From: Ranitomeya imitator
Taxonomy: Eukaryota
Direction of reading: 5' to 3'
DNA length: 64,000 nt
Assembly (NCBI RefSeq): GCF_032444005.1
Contig: NC_091284.1
Coordinates: forward strand, 667,988,001-668,052,000
The notes under the pieces were generated by a model. It searched no databases and was not told where the DNA came from. It saw only the letters and a list, made by a program, of their open reading frames with translations. Below are positions 12,926-24,752 of this stretch, one piece after another; position 1 is the stretch's first letter; each line of letters opens with the position of its first letter. The position numbers and the translations under genes are program-made.

Positions 12926-13550
12926 CTAAGTAGTAATTAATATTTTCATTTTATTTCTACGGACTGATGCACATTATTTATGGTATTGAGTTTCTCAAAA
13001 AAAAAAACCTTGCACTTGAGATTTTACTACGTGCTTTTATTTTTATGGTATATATATTTCGTAAGAATTTGTCTTTATAGGTTCCATGTCATTACCGTAT
13101 ATTAACTCTCTCCATATTGCCCATAGACTATAAACGTCCAGGAGGTCCACATGCTCTGAAGTGACATTATAAAATGTCACTGCATAATTCCGATCAAGAA
13201 CTTGCAGCTGCGGGAACTGGCTGACAGACATAGCGGGACTCCCCATAAAGAAGGCGGAGAGAGTTTGTTACGGTCTCTAGTTTCCGGATCCTATACACAA
13301 TGCACTGAACAAGCGCTTCCTCCTCCAGACCCAGTGATCATGTGATTGCTGGTTGTAGGAAGGAGGTAGGAGATGATGGGTCCAAGGAGACCTCATAAGC
13401 TCTATTACCTAGGAGACTGAATTTAAAAACTAACTGGCTAATATACAAGCCCCAGTTACAGGGGAAATCAGATAAATAAAGCCACATAGAGGACCTGAAA
13501 ATGGGCCTAGTCAGAAACAGTGGTAAATGGCCTTGTCTTGATCTGGTTAA

Positions 13551-13922
13551 TGGAAATCGGTCACCACATTTTTGGTATGTAATCTGAGAGCAGCATGATG
13601 CAGGGGCTGAGATTCTGACTCCAACAATGTGTTACAAGCTGTTTAAATAAAAATGATTGTTTTATCAGAAGGTAATTATTACTGCAGGACTAGCTGCCTC
13701 CTAGTCAACTGCTCTGTGTTACCCACCCCACCACTGTTTGGCAGCTTTCTGTGTACCCTGTATATTGACAGAAAGATGCTAATCAATGGTGTGGGCGGGG
13801 TTATATAGGGCTCAGCATTCTGAACACTGCTACATATACAGCAGAGATTGTGATTTTATCACAACTGCTGCACCCAGGAAACCAAGTGATACATTGTTGC
13901 AATAAAATAGCAAAGGTTCCCT
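13551..13922. mobile_element. T2/Kolobok-type MITE, degenerate
   Basis: ttaa tggaaatcggtca ... ggttccct ttaa. Confidence 0.55.
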
Positions 13923-15217
13923 TTAAGAAAGGAATCTGTCAATAAGATCAAGGACCCCCCCCCCAAAGTACATCTATTTTCACCTTTATCTCTACAATCT
14001 ATTGCTGCATTCCTGCATTTTAATTCATATGCAAATTAGGTGTTAAGTGTTTTGGGAGTGAGAGTGCCCTTAAGTGGCCACTGCCTCCCCATGTTTCTCC
14101 GCCCAACACCAGCCTCAGCTGGAATGAGGAGACAGGCAAGAAAATTATTTTCAGCAAATAGAGGTTCTTCACAATAGTCTGTGGTGAGAAACATGGATGT
14201 CTAATGCATGGATCTTATTTGCCTTCTCTACAGGTACAACAGTCAAGTACACAGGACCAGCCAGCATTCTAGTAACTTAAAGAAGAACTCCTCGCATCAA
14301 AGTCTTTATCCTCTTAATATATTGAAGTCATGACATTATATAGCACTATGCACTTACTATTGCCCATTTTGCCTTTTTACCCACCTAATTGTTCTCTCTT
14401 TTCTCTATCTAAGTGCCATGTAGTAGCATCTAGTCTCTGCAGAAATCATTCCTCAATTCCTGACCCAGCTGCTCCATCCTTGCCCCCTGCCATTGACTTT
14501 TGCTGTGACCGAGGAGTCATATGCAAGAATGGTGGAACTGATGGAGAAGCTAGCCCGACAGATGACCCGAGGCGAAGTGAGGCATTATGAGCGCGGGCAA
14601 GGCTTTGGCTTCATCATGACCATGAAGGCGGGGATCGGACACAGTCTGGTTAAATTCCTGTTCCCTTTGGAAGGTAACTAGCTTACTATGTAGACATGAG
14701 GGAGAGACCTGTTAATCGCCTACAGTGGCGCTGGGAAGAGCCAGTCGTGAGCAGCGAAGGACTTGACTATTCTAACCATATTCCATCTAAAATGCCAAGG
14801 CGTTTCAGAGAAGAATATACCACGCTGCAATCATGCAGTCAGACTGATAATACTGTTCATGGTTAGGGAAGCATAAATCAGAGGACAGGTGTCCTTTATA
14901 CATTTATTGGCAATAATGTAAACATTTAGAATAACAGATTTGGAAACTAGAATCCTAAAGGGGCTGAGCTTACAGGGGTTCTTCGAGCATATACCGGTAT
15001 CTATATATCAATAAGTAAATTTCAAATACCGGTACTTTCAATTAGCAAATCACAATAGTTTGGTCTATATGAGTAATCACTATGGAATTAAAATGGCTGC
15101 AGTCTTAATACACTGACATAAACCATCCTAGGATGTTAATAGGACAGGTGCCAGTGTGTATGTCTAGTAGAAGTTCCCCCTCCCATCACATGTAGTAGAA
15201 ACATGTGATCCAATAGC

Positions 15218-16101
15218 GGAGATACCAGGGGTGCGGAGATAAGAAGAGGCTGCTCACACTGCTGTCCACCCTGTCTATCTGATCAAATAGTGGAGATACC
15301 AGGGGTGCTGCGGTAAGAAGACACTGCTCACACTGCTGTCCACCCTGTCTATCTGATCTAATACTGGAGATACCAGGGGTGCTGAGGTAAGAAGACACTG
15401 CTCACACTGCTGTCCACCCTGTCTATCTGATCTAATACTGGAGATACCAGGGGTGCTGCGGTAAGAAGACACTGCTCACACTGCTGTCCACCCTGTCTAT
15501 CTGATATAATACTGGAGATACCAGGGGTGCTGAGGTAAGAAGACACTGCTCACACTGCTGTCCACCCTGTCTATCTGATCTAATACTGGAGGTACCAGGG
15601 GTGCTGAGATAAGAAGACACTGCTCATACTGCTGTCCACCCTGTCTATCTGATCTAATACTGGAGATACCAGGGGCTGAGGTAAGAAGACACTGCTCACA
15701 CTGCTGTCCACCCTGTCTATCTGATCTAATACTGGAGATACCAGGGGTGCTGCGGTAAGAAGACACTGCTCACACTGCTGTCCACCCTGTCTATCTGATA
15801 TAATACTGGAGATACCAGGGGTGCTGAGGTAAGAAGACACTGCTCACACTGCTGTCCACCCGGTCTATCTGATCTAATACTGGAGGTACCAGGGGTGCTG
15901 AGATAAGAAGAAACTGCTCATACTGCTGTCCACCCTGTCTATCTGATCTAATACTGGAGATACCAGGGGCTGAGGTAAGAAGACACTGCTCACACTGCTG
16001 TCCACCCTGTCTATCTGATCTAATACTGGAGGTACCAGGGGTGCTGAGGTAAGAAGACACTGCTCACACTGCTGTCCACACTGTCTTTCTGATCTAATAC
16101 T
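15218..16101. repeat. 74-bp minisatellite, ~12 copies, with a 294-bp higher-order duplication
   Basis: Unit ggagataccaggggtgctgaggtaagaagacactgctcacactgctgtccaccctgtctatctgatctaatact; units at 15440-15733 repeated at 15734-16027. Confidence 0.95.
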
Positions 16102-16560
16102 GGAAATAACAAGAGTGGCGAGGTAGAAGAGGCTGCTCACACTGTTCCCCACATTTGATCTTACCTCAGTATCCCTGGTATTTCCAGGATTAGAAGACAC
16201 TAACATTGCAGTCCTCCCTTTCTGAGCTAATCCTGGAGATAACAAGGGTGCTGTAGTAAGAAAAGGCTGCTCACACTGGGGTCCACACTGTCATTCTGAT
16301 CTAATACTGGAAATACCAGGAGTGGTGAGGTAGAAGAGGCTGCTCACATGGTTGTTCCCAATATTTGATCTTACGTCAGCATCCCTGGTAACTACAGGAA
16401 TAGAAGACACTGCTAATATTGCTGTTCTTCTCTGAGCTAATTCTGGAGATAATAAAGGGCACTGAGGTAAGAAAAGGCTGTTCACACTGTGGTCCACACT
16501 CTTTCTGATCTAATACTGGAAATACCAGGAGCTGCGAGGTAGAAGAGGCTGCTCACATTC
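16102..16560. repeat. Older diverged ~206-bp repeat built from three monomers related to the 74-mer, ~2.2 copies
   Basis: ggaaata(a/c)cag..gaggtagaagaggctgctcaca recurs at 16102, ~16307 and ~16514. Confidence 0.75.
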
Positions 16561-17152
16561 CTGCCCACTTAGTCATTCTCAGTGACTGTACATGAAATAT
16601 GCATCTCCAGGTCATTGCAGTGGAGCTTCCCACTGTGAGAACAACAATTATGTGGGCACCACCTCAATAATAATGGATGTACACCGCATAGTCAAATAGC
16701 ATATACAATATTGGAAGAAAAAAGACAAAACTATGCAAAAAGATACATCTCGATTAAAAATTGAAAAAAATGTATAGAAAAATAAAAAAAGTGTACATAA
16801 ATACAAAAAAAAAAAAAACACAGACACAAATAAAAGTGCCATAATAACACAACAGTCCAAGCTTAAAAATAAAGATGGACTAACAGGGTAATATAATTGC
16901 TTACAAAAACCCAAGATCCCTGGAAAATACAAAGCTATATAACGTCTCAACAATATACGTTAGTTGATTCTACAGACTATATAAGGTGCTGATCCTAAAG
17001 ATCGAAATTATAGTGTACAATAAGGGTTGTAAAAAGATCAGAGGAACTGTATACCAAATTAGCAATGATTAGGTAAAACAGTACAGCAGCACCAAGTACT
17101 GTAAATACTGAATCCAAATTATAAGATAAAAGGAAACTGAGGGAAGAGATGG

Positions 17153-17188
17153 CCCCACATGTTTCGCCAGAAACAAGCTCCCTCAGGG
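17153..17188 (-). ncRNA. Degenerate minimal type-I hammerhead ribozyme motif (Penelope-like element remnant)
   Basis: Minus strand CCCTGAGGGAGCTTGTTTCTGGCGAAACATGTGGGG: CUGA-N-G core, GC...GC helix II, GAAA, palindromic ACATGT helix III, CC/GG helix I. Core is mutated. Confidence 0.5.
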
Positions 17189-18040
17189 ATGATGAAGAGG
17201 CTGCTCACACTGCTGCCCACTCCGTCAATCTGAATGACTATACATGGCATTTGCGTCTCCAGGTTATGGCAGTAGAGCTTTCCACTGCATATGTTCACAG
17301 GCACATGTCGTAATATTCTTGGACAGGTTTCTGTCAGTGTAACAGGATGGAAGCCTTTTGAATTCTATAGCGATTACCTTGGGTATGAATACAGATAGAA
17401 CTTCATACATGCATGACGAGGGGGAAGTGTTTAATTTATATTATATTCTACCGGTTAACATCTAAAGTGTTTTTCATATTAAATGTATCTGTATACAGTC
17501 ATATATGCTGCTCATATATTGAATAAAAACTAATCTGAAATACAGCATGTACAATTCCCCTCTTTCATGCATGAAAGCAGAATATTTATGAGGCCCGAAA
17601 CTGCTTTCGACGTTTTTTCATGTGAGAATGCTTCGTGTTGGTATAGCGAACCGTTGTAGCCATTGATAGGTGTATGGTTATGTATTAGCATGCAATCTGT
17701 AAATGGAATAGATCGCATAATGCTCATTTTTCATTTCAATTTCTGTCACCGCTAAATAATTATGTATGCTTTATCTTTCCTCAGTACACAACATGGTGGA
17801 TTACAGTTATTTTAGTGATAAAATGTATAATTGGTGGAGAAAGGTTGAACTTAATGGACTTGGCTCATTTTCAACCTATGTAACAACGTAATATCTTGTT
17901 TTCTGAGTAAGCTTTACTTTTTTCTAAAAAAGCACTGGAAACTGGAGAAGACTGTGATAGGCAAGTATATTAGCATACTCAAACTAGAGTGCATACAGAT
18001 TTAGACAAGAATAAAACAATTCTTGGGAATGCTTCTTTAA

Positions 18041-18399
18041 AAGGAATCGATCAGTAAGATTTTGACCCCCAAACTAATTATATGCACACGTAGCCCCTTC
18101 AAACACAAGTCTGGCAATACCTTTCCACGGCCGGTCCATTACTCCATTAATGAGAAATCAGCGTTTGAATTGGTATGCAAGTGAGGCTGTGGATCTGAAA
18201 TCACGCTGCATACAGTGTCATACAAACAGGAGGAAGCGGTGATGGGTGCGGTATAGAGCTGGTAGATCTACAAATCGCTCTTCAGAATCATTTGCACTTC
18301 AATATAAACACCGATTTCTCAGTATCGAAGGAAAGGAATGGAAATTTAAAGGTATTGCTAAACTTGTTTTTGAAAGAGCTACATGCTGACAGATTCCAT
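18041..18399. mobile_element. T2/Kolobok-type MITE
   Basis: ttaa aaggaatcgatcag ... ctgacagattccat ttaa; internal inverted caagtctggcaataccttt / aaaggtattgctaaacttg. Confidence 0.7.
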
Positions 18400-18544
18400 T
18401 TAATGATAGCATATATCACATGTAAGGCAGTGAACATGAGCATAACACATATAATGTGAATTTTGCCATGTGAACTGTACCTAGGATTTTAAAGCTGTTG
18501 AAATAAAGATTAAAATTATTGAATCACAATTGGCCCAAATCAGT

Positions 18545-19214
18545 ACTTTTGGCCCAAATTTGGGGGGAAAATGGTGGTGCATCTTATAATGCGGCTGCGG
18601 TGGAGCAAGGTCCCAGGGTCGCTGCTGGAGGAGGCAGGAGTGGGGTGATGCTGCAGGCCGAGATGGGGGGGGTGTTCGCGCCGCTGCTGGGGGGGTCTGC
18701 CGACACTTTTCAAAAGCCCAGAGCCCCCGCACTTGGTTTACTGTGCAGTGGACTCCGGGAAAATGGCTGCCGGGGGCAGAACATGCACAGATGGAAATCT
18801 CGGGAGATGAGATCTCAGCGCTGAGATCTCATCTCCCAAGATCTTGGTGCTGAGTACTCCATCTGTGCATGCGCCGCCCCCGGCAGCCATTTTCCTGGAG
18901 TCCACCGCACAGTAAACCAAGTGTGGGGGCTCTGGGCTTTCCCAAACTGCCAGCAGAGCCCCCCACAGCACCGAACACCTGCAATGGTGCGCCACACATC
19001 CGAACACCCCCTCATCTCAGCCTGCAGCATCGCCCCACTCCTGCCTCCTCCAGCAGTGACCCTGGGACCCCGCTTCACCGCAGCCACCACCTCCGGTAAG
19101 CAATAAGATGCATGGATTATAAGAAGCACCACCATTTTATTAAAAACAAGTTTGTTTTTTCTATTTTTCCCCCCCAGAATTTGGGGTGCGTCTTATAATC
19201 CGCAAAATACGGTA
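18545..19214. mobile_element. Non-autonomous Tc1/mariner (pogo/Tigger-type) element, left end eroded, palindromic core
   Basis: Right end gggtgcgtcttataatccgcaaaatacggta; central palindrome gagatctcagcgctgagatctc at ~18810-18831; inverted arms. Confidence 0.7.
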
Positions 19215-19370
19215 CACCCGCTTTGTAGATACTCTGGTCTCAGTAAAGTTCATATCTTTTATATTATAAGCAAAATAATAATAAATGTCATTAGGTTCCT
19301 TCGAAACATTTTTAGGATGCATTTAACATTTTTAAAGTCATGTTATCAATTCTGAGGAGACCCCACTCAC

Positions 19371-21844
19371 CGATTCAAGAGCTGTTGCATAAAGTTGTCA
19401 GCAGTCAAGGGTCTTGAAGTTTCCCGTGTCTGATCTACAGACACAGCTGTGCGATTCTTGTCAAGAGAAAGACCGTTGATGTAGGCTCTCTCCTCCTGAA
19501 GAGCTTTTCGGAGATCCTCAGCTTTCTCCATCAACATGGAAATATTCAGGCTCTCACCCTTTGCATCCCTAGTCCGAGGAGAGCCACTTGCAGATCTCTC
19601 CCTTTTCTCCTCCTTGACACGTGCTGTCTCAGGCCTACGACTTAGTGCAGGTAGTTTGCTTTTCTTTAAGCCAAACCAGCTTGCAATACCACTGGAATTA
19701 CGTTGCTTAGGATCAGGGGCAGGTGCACGGTGCTGTTCCTGCAATCTCAACATGTTTTCTTTAATGCCCTTCATCACCTTTTCTTCAATGGCAGAATGCA
19801 AAGCACTCAATGGAAGATTTTCTGTGCCCTGTGATCCTGGACTACGAGGAGATGCATAATCTGGGCAAGTGCTACTTTTCTTGCCTGCGCTAGTGGACTG
19901 CATCCTCTGTTTCTCATCACTTGGTAGAGTTGGTTGCCTGGGACTCGGTCTTAGCTCTTCACTTAGCGGTCGAGACACAAGAGGCTTTGCTGTTGCCTTA
20001 CTTGGCGACTTGGCAGGTAGCTTTGTTGGACTTCCATGGGGACTACGTGGAGATTTGGTAGGTACAGGTGGCGCACGGGATGGATTACGTGGACCATGAG
20101 GTGAGCCGGGTGGGCAATTAGAAGTTGTCTGTCGAGTCCGAGCAGAATCAGATTTTTGTCCATGGTACCTTGGTGGGTAACTCTCAGTAGATCCAGGTTC
20201 AGGAGTCCTTAAACTGCTTACACCTACAGATCTTTTCATAGATGGACGATGATCAGGGCCATCCGGTATAACCCTGCTTTCATCTGGTAATGCTACAGCA
20301 AGCTCTGTCTGTCTTAGCTTTCCAATTCTTTCTTTAAATGGGACAGGTGCAGCAGACTCAGTAGGTTTTCTGGAAATTACATGCTTTTTCATAAATGGTG
20401 TGTTTATCTGACCATGTTCATTAGAAGAATTTACTTGGGAATGTACAAAAGGACCAGAGGAAAAATTTGAGGAGCATACTTCAACTAGTTTGGGAGACAA
20501 TTCCAAATCCTCAGTTTGGCTTGCAGTGGGAAGCACAGAATTTTTAGCAGGAACATTTTCATAGTCATGGGACTTTTTGGTGTAGCACTGTATACCAGGC
20601 CTATTTATTAAATTATTTGACCTTTCTGTTTGTCCTTGCCTACTAGTGTCAGGATTAATAAATTCAGATGGAGAAGGTGGATCAGTTTCTGAACCAGCCG
20701 ATTCTTCTGTTGCCTTCCTACTAAGTAGTGGTGAAGGAAATACCTCATAATTATTGCTCCTACAAGGGATTTTAGAGGTTTGAGTAAGTTGAGGGCTAAG
20801 CCTCAAAGAGTTTGGACTTTGTAATTTATCCCCTGAGCTTGGCAGTTTTAAAAACTTGAGAAACTTAGCTGGAGAAGGAATATGAGGAGTCCGCGGCTCA
20901 GAGGAAGGAATAAGTTCATCTTGTGCATCAGGACAGGGATGATTAGGAACTACCATCAATGATGGAGGACAATCATCCTGTTGCTCCTGGGCTCCATTTT
21001 TATGAGGAAAAATAGATGCATCCCTTGGCAAACTGACAGATGCTCCAGGAGAAGGAGGACAAGAAGAGGAAGGCCCATCAGAAGTATTCTCAGAACCAGA
21101 TTGCTTTCCTGGTGAAGACGACAGGGAGTCCCCCCTTTCTGTAACCACTGGTGGTGTCACTGGCACATGTTGATTTTCTACCATATCACGAAGGCCTCTA
21201 CTGTAACAGGTTAATGAATGAAGATGCCCAATGTGACCCCTAGCAAAGCCAGTTCCATCTAAATGGCCCTCAATAGGGCCCCTTTTATCTACTGCTCCAC
21301 GGGAGCACATACATGGGGCTAAACCTTTAGTCAAGTCTGTTAATGGCAACCGTTGCCTAATTTCACTTGGAGGAGGAGGATCTCCAATATCATCATCTGA
21401 AGAGGATGAGCTTCCCTCTGCTTGCCGTGAAGACGTGCCATCGTCTCCAGAGGCCAAGCCAAGGTGTTCCCCTCCTCCTTCTCCAGGGCTACCTGCTGGT
21501 GGCTCCCTTTGTATGGGCTTCCACTTAAACAGCTCCTCCCAACCACTTTGAGCTAGAAGCAGACAAGAGGTCCAAGGCTCATCTCCACCATGTTCTGAAG
21601 GAGGTAAGCCTTCACCATTCATGTATTCCAAGCCTTGGTCGGGTCTTACACGTAACCCATTCCCACTAGCTGATGATATTCCCCCAAGATACAGTGGAGG
21701 TGTAGTGCATGGTGATCCACTCTGAGATCCTGTGGCTTCTAGCCTTCGTAGGACTTCTAAGATCTGAGCCTTTTTCCTGAGGAATGGTGACATGGCATCT
21801 AGAGAGCGACATGATGATTGGGCCCGACCAGAACGCTGTTTTTC
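19371..21844 (-). CDS. NCKAP5L: NCKAP5L large coding exon 6 (2474 nt), Ser/Pro-rich, with SxIP-type motifs
   Basis: ttttctcaaatag|GAA AAA CAG ... AAT CG|gtgagt; contains the 808-aa ORF (SPFLRKKAQILEVLR, KFLKLP, IEEKVMKGIKENMLRLQ, GIASWFGLKKSKLPAL, LNISMLMEKAEDLRKAL). Confidence 0.97.
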
Positions 21845-22349
21845 CTATTTGAGAAAAAAAAAATATTTCTAATTGTCGGAAAGAATTTAGCAGCTGTAAT
21901 ATGAAAAATTGTGCAATATGTATGTACCCATGACATTCACATAAACATAAAAACCCCTCACTTTTCTCAAAAGTAAGATAAACATTAACTTGACAAATGT
22001 TTTAGTAAAGGGTGTAGACTGAATACTCTTTAAATCCATATGCAGAAAGAACCAATTCAGTATTTTAATTTTTAAACACTTAACATTTTGACAGCATAAT
22101 TACATTTATAGGAAATATTTTTGTTTTACATTGCACTGGCAGTAGTCTTGTGCATAAGATGTTCCAGAACTATTTAGATTAAAATGATTTCCAAGATTGC
22201 TAGCCAATGCCGCAGAAATTGATGGGTTCAACCCATTTTCATCCAAGAGTGTAGTCAAGTTTATATGATCTTCCGAATTCCCTTGATTGTATGCACATTT
22301 CAGAAACCGTAAAGAGTCAATTAAAAATTGTACATGACTGTTTATTTAC

Positions 22350-22445
22350 CTCTCTCGGCATTCCACATTGTCCCAATGGAAGGGAGACTGATATCCTGTC
22401 AAGGTCCCCTCCGTGGGAGTCAGACAGGGCCTGCAACGGGTGCAA
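22350..22445 (-). CDS. NCKAP5L: NCKAP5L coding exon 5 (LHPLQALSDS...PLGQCGMPRE)
   Basis: ttttctcatatag|TTG ... GAG|gtaaat; 96 nt, phase 0. Confidence 0.88.
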
Positions 22446-23876
22446 CTATATGAGAAAACAAATACATATATCAGTAATGTCATCTATTAAAGGGCAAAGA
22501 TGGAATACATTAAAAATTATGCAACAGGAAGAGAAACAAGATTAATTTTAAAATTTTAATAATCAACTTTACAGTTTACGTTTCAGGTGCACTGTGATAA
22601 GGGTATTTAAGGGTCCTTTTTACATGTGAAGATAATTTTGTATTGATGTACAGATTGACAGGAGTGTAATGAGTGAGTTGACATTTAATAGGCATTCATT
22701 TTTTTATAATTTTAATGCTTATGAAATGGCCTCTATTCCCTTCTATTCCATTGCCAATTACTGATTATAATAGGTAGTTTGATACCTACGAATGATCTTT
22801 TTAGGCCATCATAAAAGATTTCGCCAATGACAAAAGCAATATCTCGCTTATGTCAGTCACTTTCAAGTTTACAATGTACAGTGATTGGGAAGGTTTGTTC
22901 AATCCAGTAATTTTATGAAAAAAAAAAATCACCCCATGTAAAAGGCCATTTTTTTTTTTTAGTGTTCCAGTAATTTTAATAAAAAAAGATGCAATTTGCT
23001 CACAATTTTATTTATAATTTATTGATTAGAACTCATGTGTTTTTATGTCTGCAGACTAAAATCCTGTATAGTGAGTTCTTACAAGGCGAAAATAGGTCTT
23101 TCATGGAAGTTTACGAAGATGCTTCATTTTTATTTTTTTCATACATACGACACATTGGCTCAATAAATATATTAACAGCAATAGTAGGCACACTCCTTAA
23201 CTTTCATAAAACTGGCCCCATTATATATTAAAAACAAAGCAAGCAGGTACTCACCCTCCCTGGAGCCAGGGTCAGTTCTCGGCCGTTGTTATGGTGTTGT
23301 TTTTTGGGCTCCAGAGGTCACGTCACAACTACAGTTCTCATCAAGACTGCAGTCAATCACTGAGCTCAGCGGTATGTGCCGTCTACATGATTGGATGAAG
23401 CGGTGATGCACGTTGTAGCGGTTATATCACCACCACAGCCAAGACACAGAAGTGGGAAAAGTGGCAGAAAGTTGGCCGTCACCCCCGGGAGGGTGAGCAC
23501 CGGCTGTGTTTATTATTTTACATGCATAAGTGTTTGAGGACCTTTTTTCATGCAAGGCGAAACCCCCTTTAAGAATGCATTTGTTGGCCACAATATAGCT
23601 TGCAGAGTAAAAAAAAAACAAACTAAAACTAACACATAATGTCCTACTCTGGAAAACATAAAAGCTCAGGAATTCTTATAAAAGTGTCAGGTCAACTAAT
23701 CAGTGTATTTTCCAAAACCAAAATATATTCTGAAGAGATATGATAATATTTCAGTGCCACAGAACCAGACACTATAAATAAATGAAGGTGCTGCCGTAGC
23801 TGACACATATGTCGAATTAAATCAACTCAACCGTGTGCTTCATACGCAACCTGTTATCCATGGTAACAGTTCTTAC

Positions 23877-23996
23877 CTCCGGGGATGATCCCGAGGAGCG
23901 CTGTAACTTCTGGTGAAAGAGGTCACTCAGCGCTCTGTTCTGCCGCTCAAGGTCAAACACCCTTTTCTTCAGTTTAATACATTCTTCCCGAAGATC
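23877..23996 (-). CDS. NCKAP5L: NCKAP5L coding exon 4 (DLREECIKLKKRVFDLERQN...SSPE)
   Basis: ttttctctcttcag|GAT ... GAG|gtaaga; 120 nt; coiled-coil. Confidence 0.97.
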
Positions 23997-24096
23997 CTGA
24001 AGAGAGAAAAACATTTTTTTTACAATGTAGCAAAACTAACAATACATAGGACTAATCAAGAAATTAAACTAAAGGATCTGGATGAAAAGTCTATAA

Positions 24097-24502
24097 GGCC
24101 GGTTTCACACGTCCTGATGTTTCCAGTATCGGAAAAACCAGTACCGGAGATGTCCGTGTATCAGTTTGTCAGATCCGTGTGGCACCCATGTGCTGTCCAT
24201 GTGTCTGTGTATTGAAACAATTTGTTTCAATTTTAACCCTATGACTTTAAAAAGCACACGGATGGCATCCTTGTGCGGTACGCGTTTACACGGACCCATT
24301 GACTTGTATGGGTCCCTATGATCCATGCAGCTGCACAAAATCGGACAGGTCTGCGAGTTTTGCACACGGACACACGTTCCGTCAAAACACGCTGACCTGT
24401 GCACAGACCCATTCATTTGAATGGGTCCAAGTGTGTCAGTGTCTTCGGTACGTGAGAAAAGTTCACTACACGTACCAGAGGCACTGACGTGTGAAACCGG
24501 TC
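24097..24502. mobile_element. MITE (Harbinger-like, TAA TSD)
   Basis: TAA ggccggtttcacacgtc ... gacgtgtgaaaccggtc TAA. Confidence 0.85.
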
Positions 24503-24752
24503 TAAAACAAATTTAATGAATGTTTATGCAATTTTAAAACAAAAACTTATGACAACGTATACACCACATTTTATACAAGTCGGAAATCCTTTTCGGGGAC
24601 ATATTAAATCAGTTTGTTTTGCTTACCTTTTTAACAGCAAATAGCTTTACAAATATCCTCAAGGAACTTTTAAACGATATAAATATATACTATATCCATT
24701 TTATTTATATTACATCATAGGAAGAAAATGGTATGAGACTGTAAATCCTTAA

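Noticed and set aside
15218-16101. CRISPR-like regularly spaced repeats
   Set aside because: The units are contiguous with no unique spacers, there are no cas genes, and the context is a vertebrate intron.
17575-17608. Second hammerhead-like string (tttatgaggcccgaaactgc) inside a GAAAGCAG/CTGCTTTC stem
   Set aside because: No CUGA core and no UH cleavage triplet in the right place.
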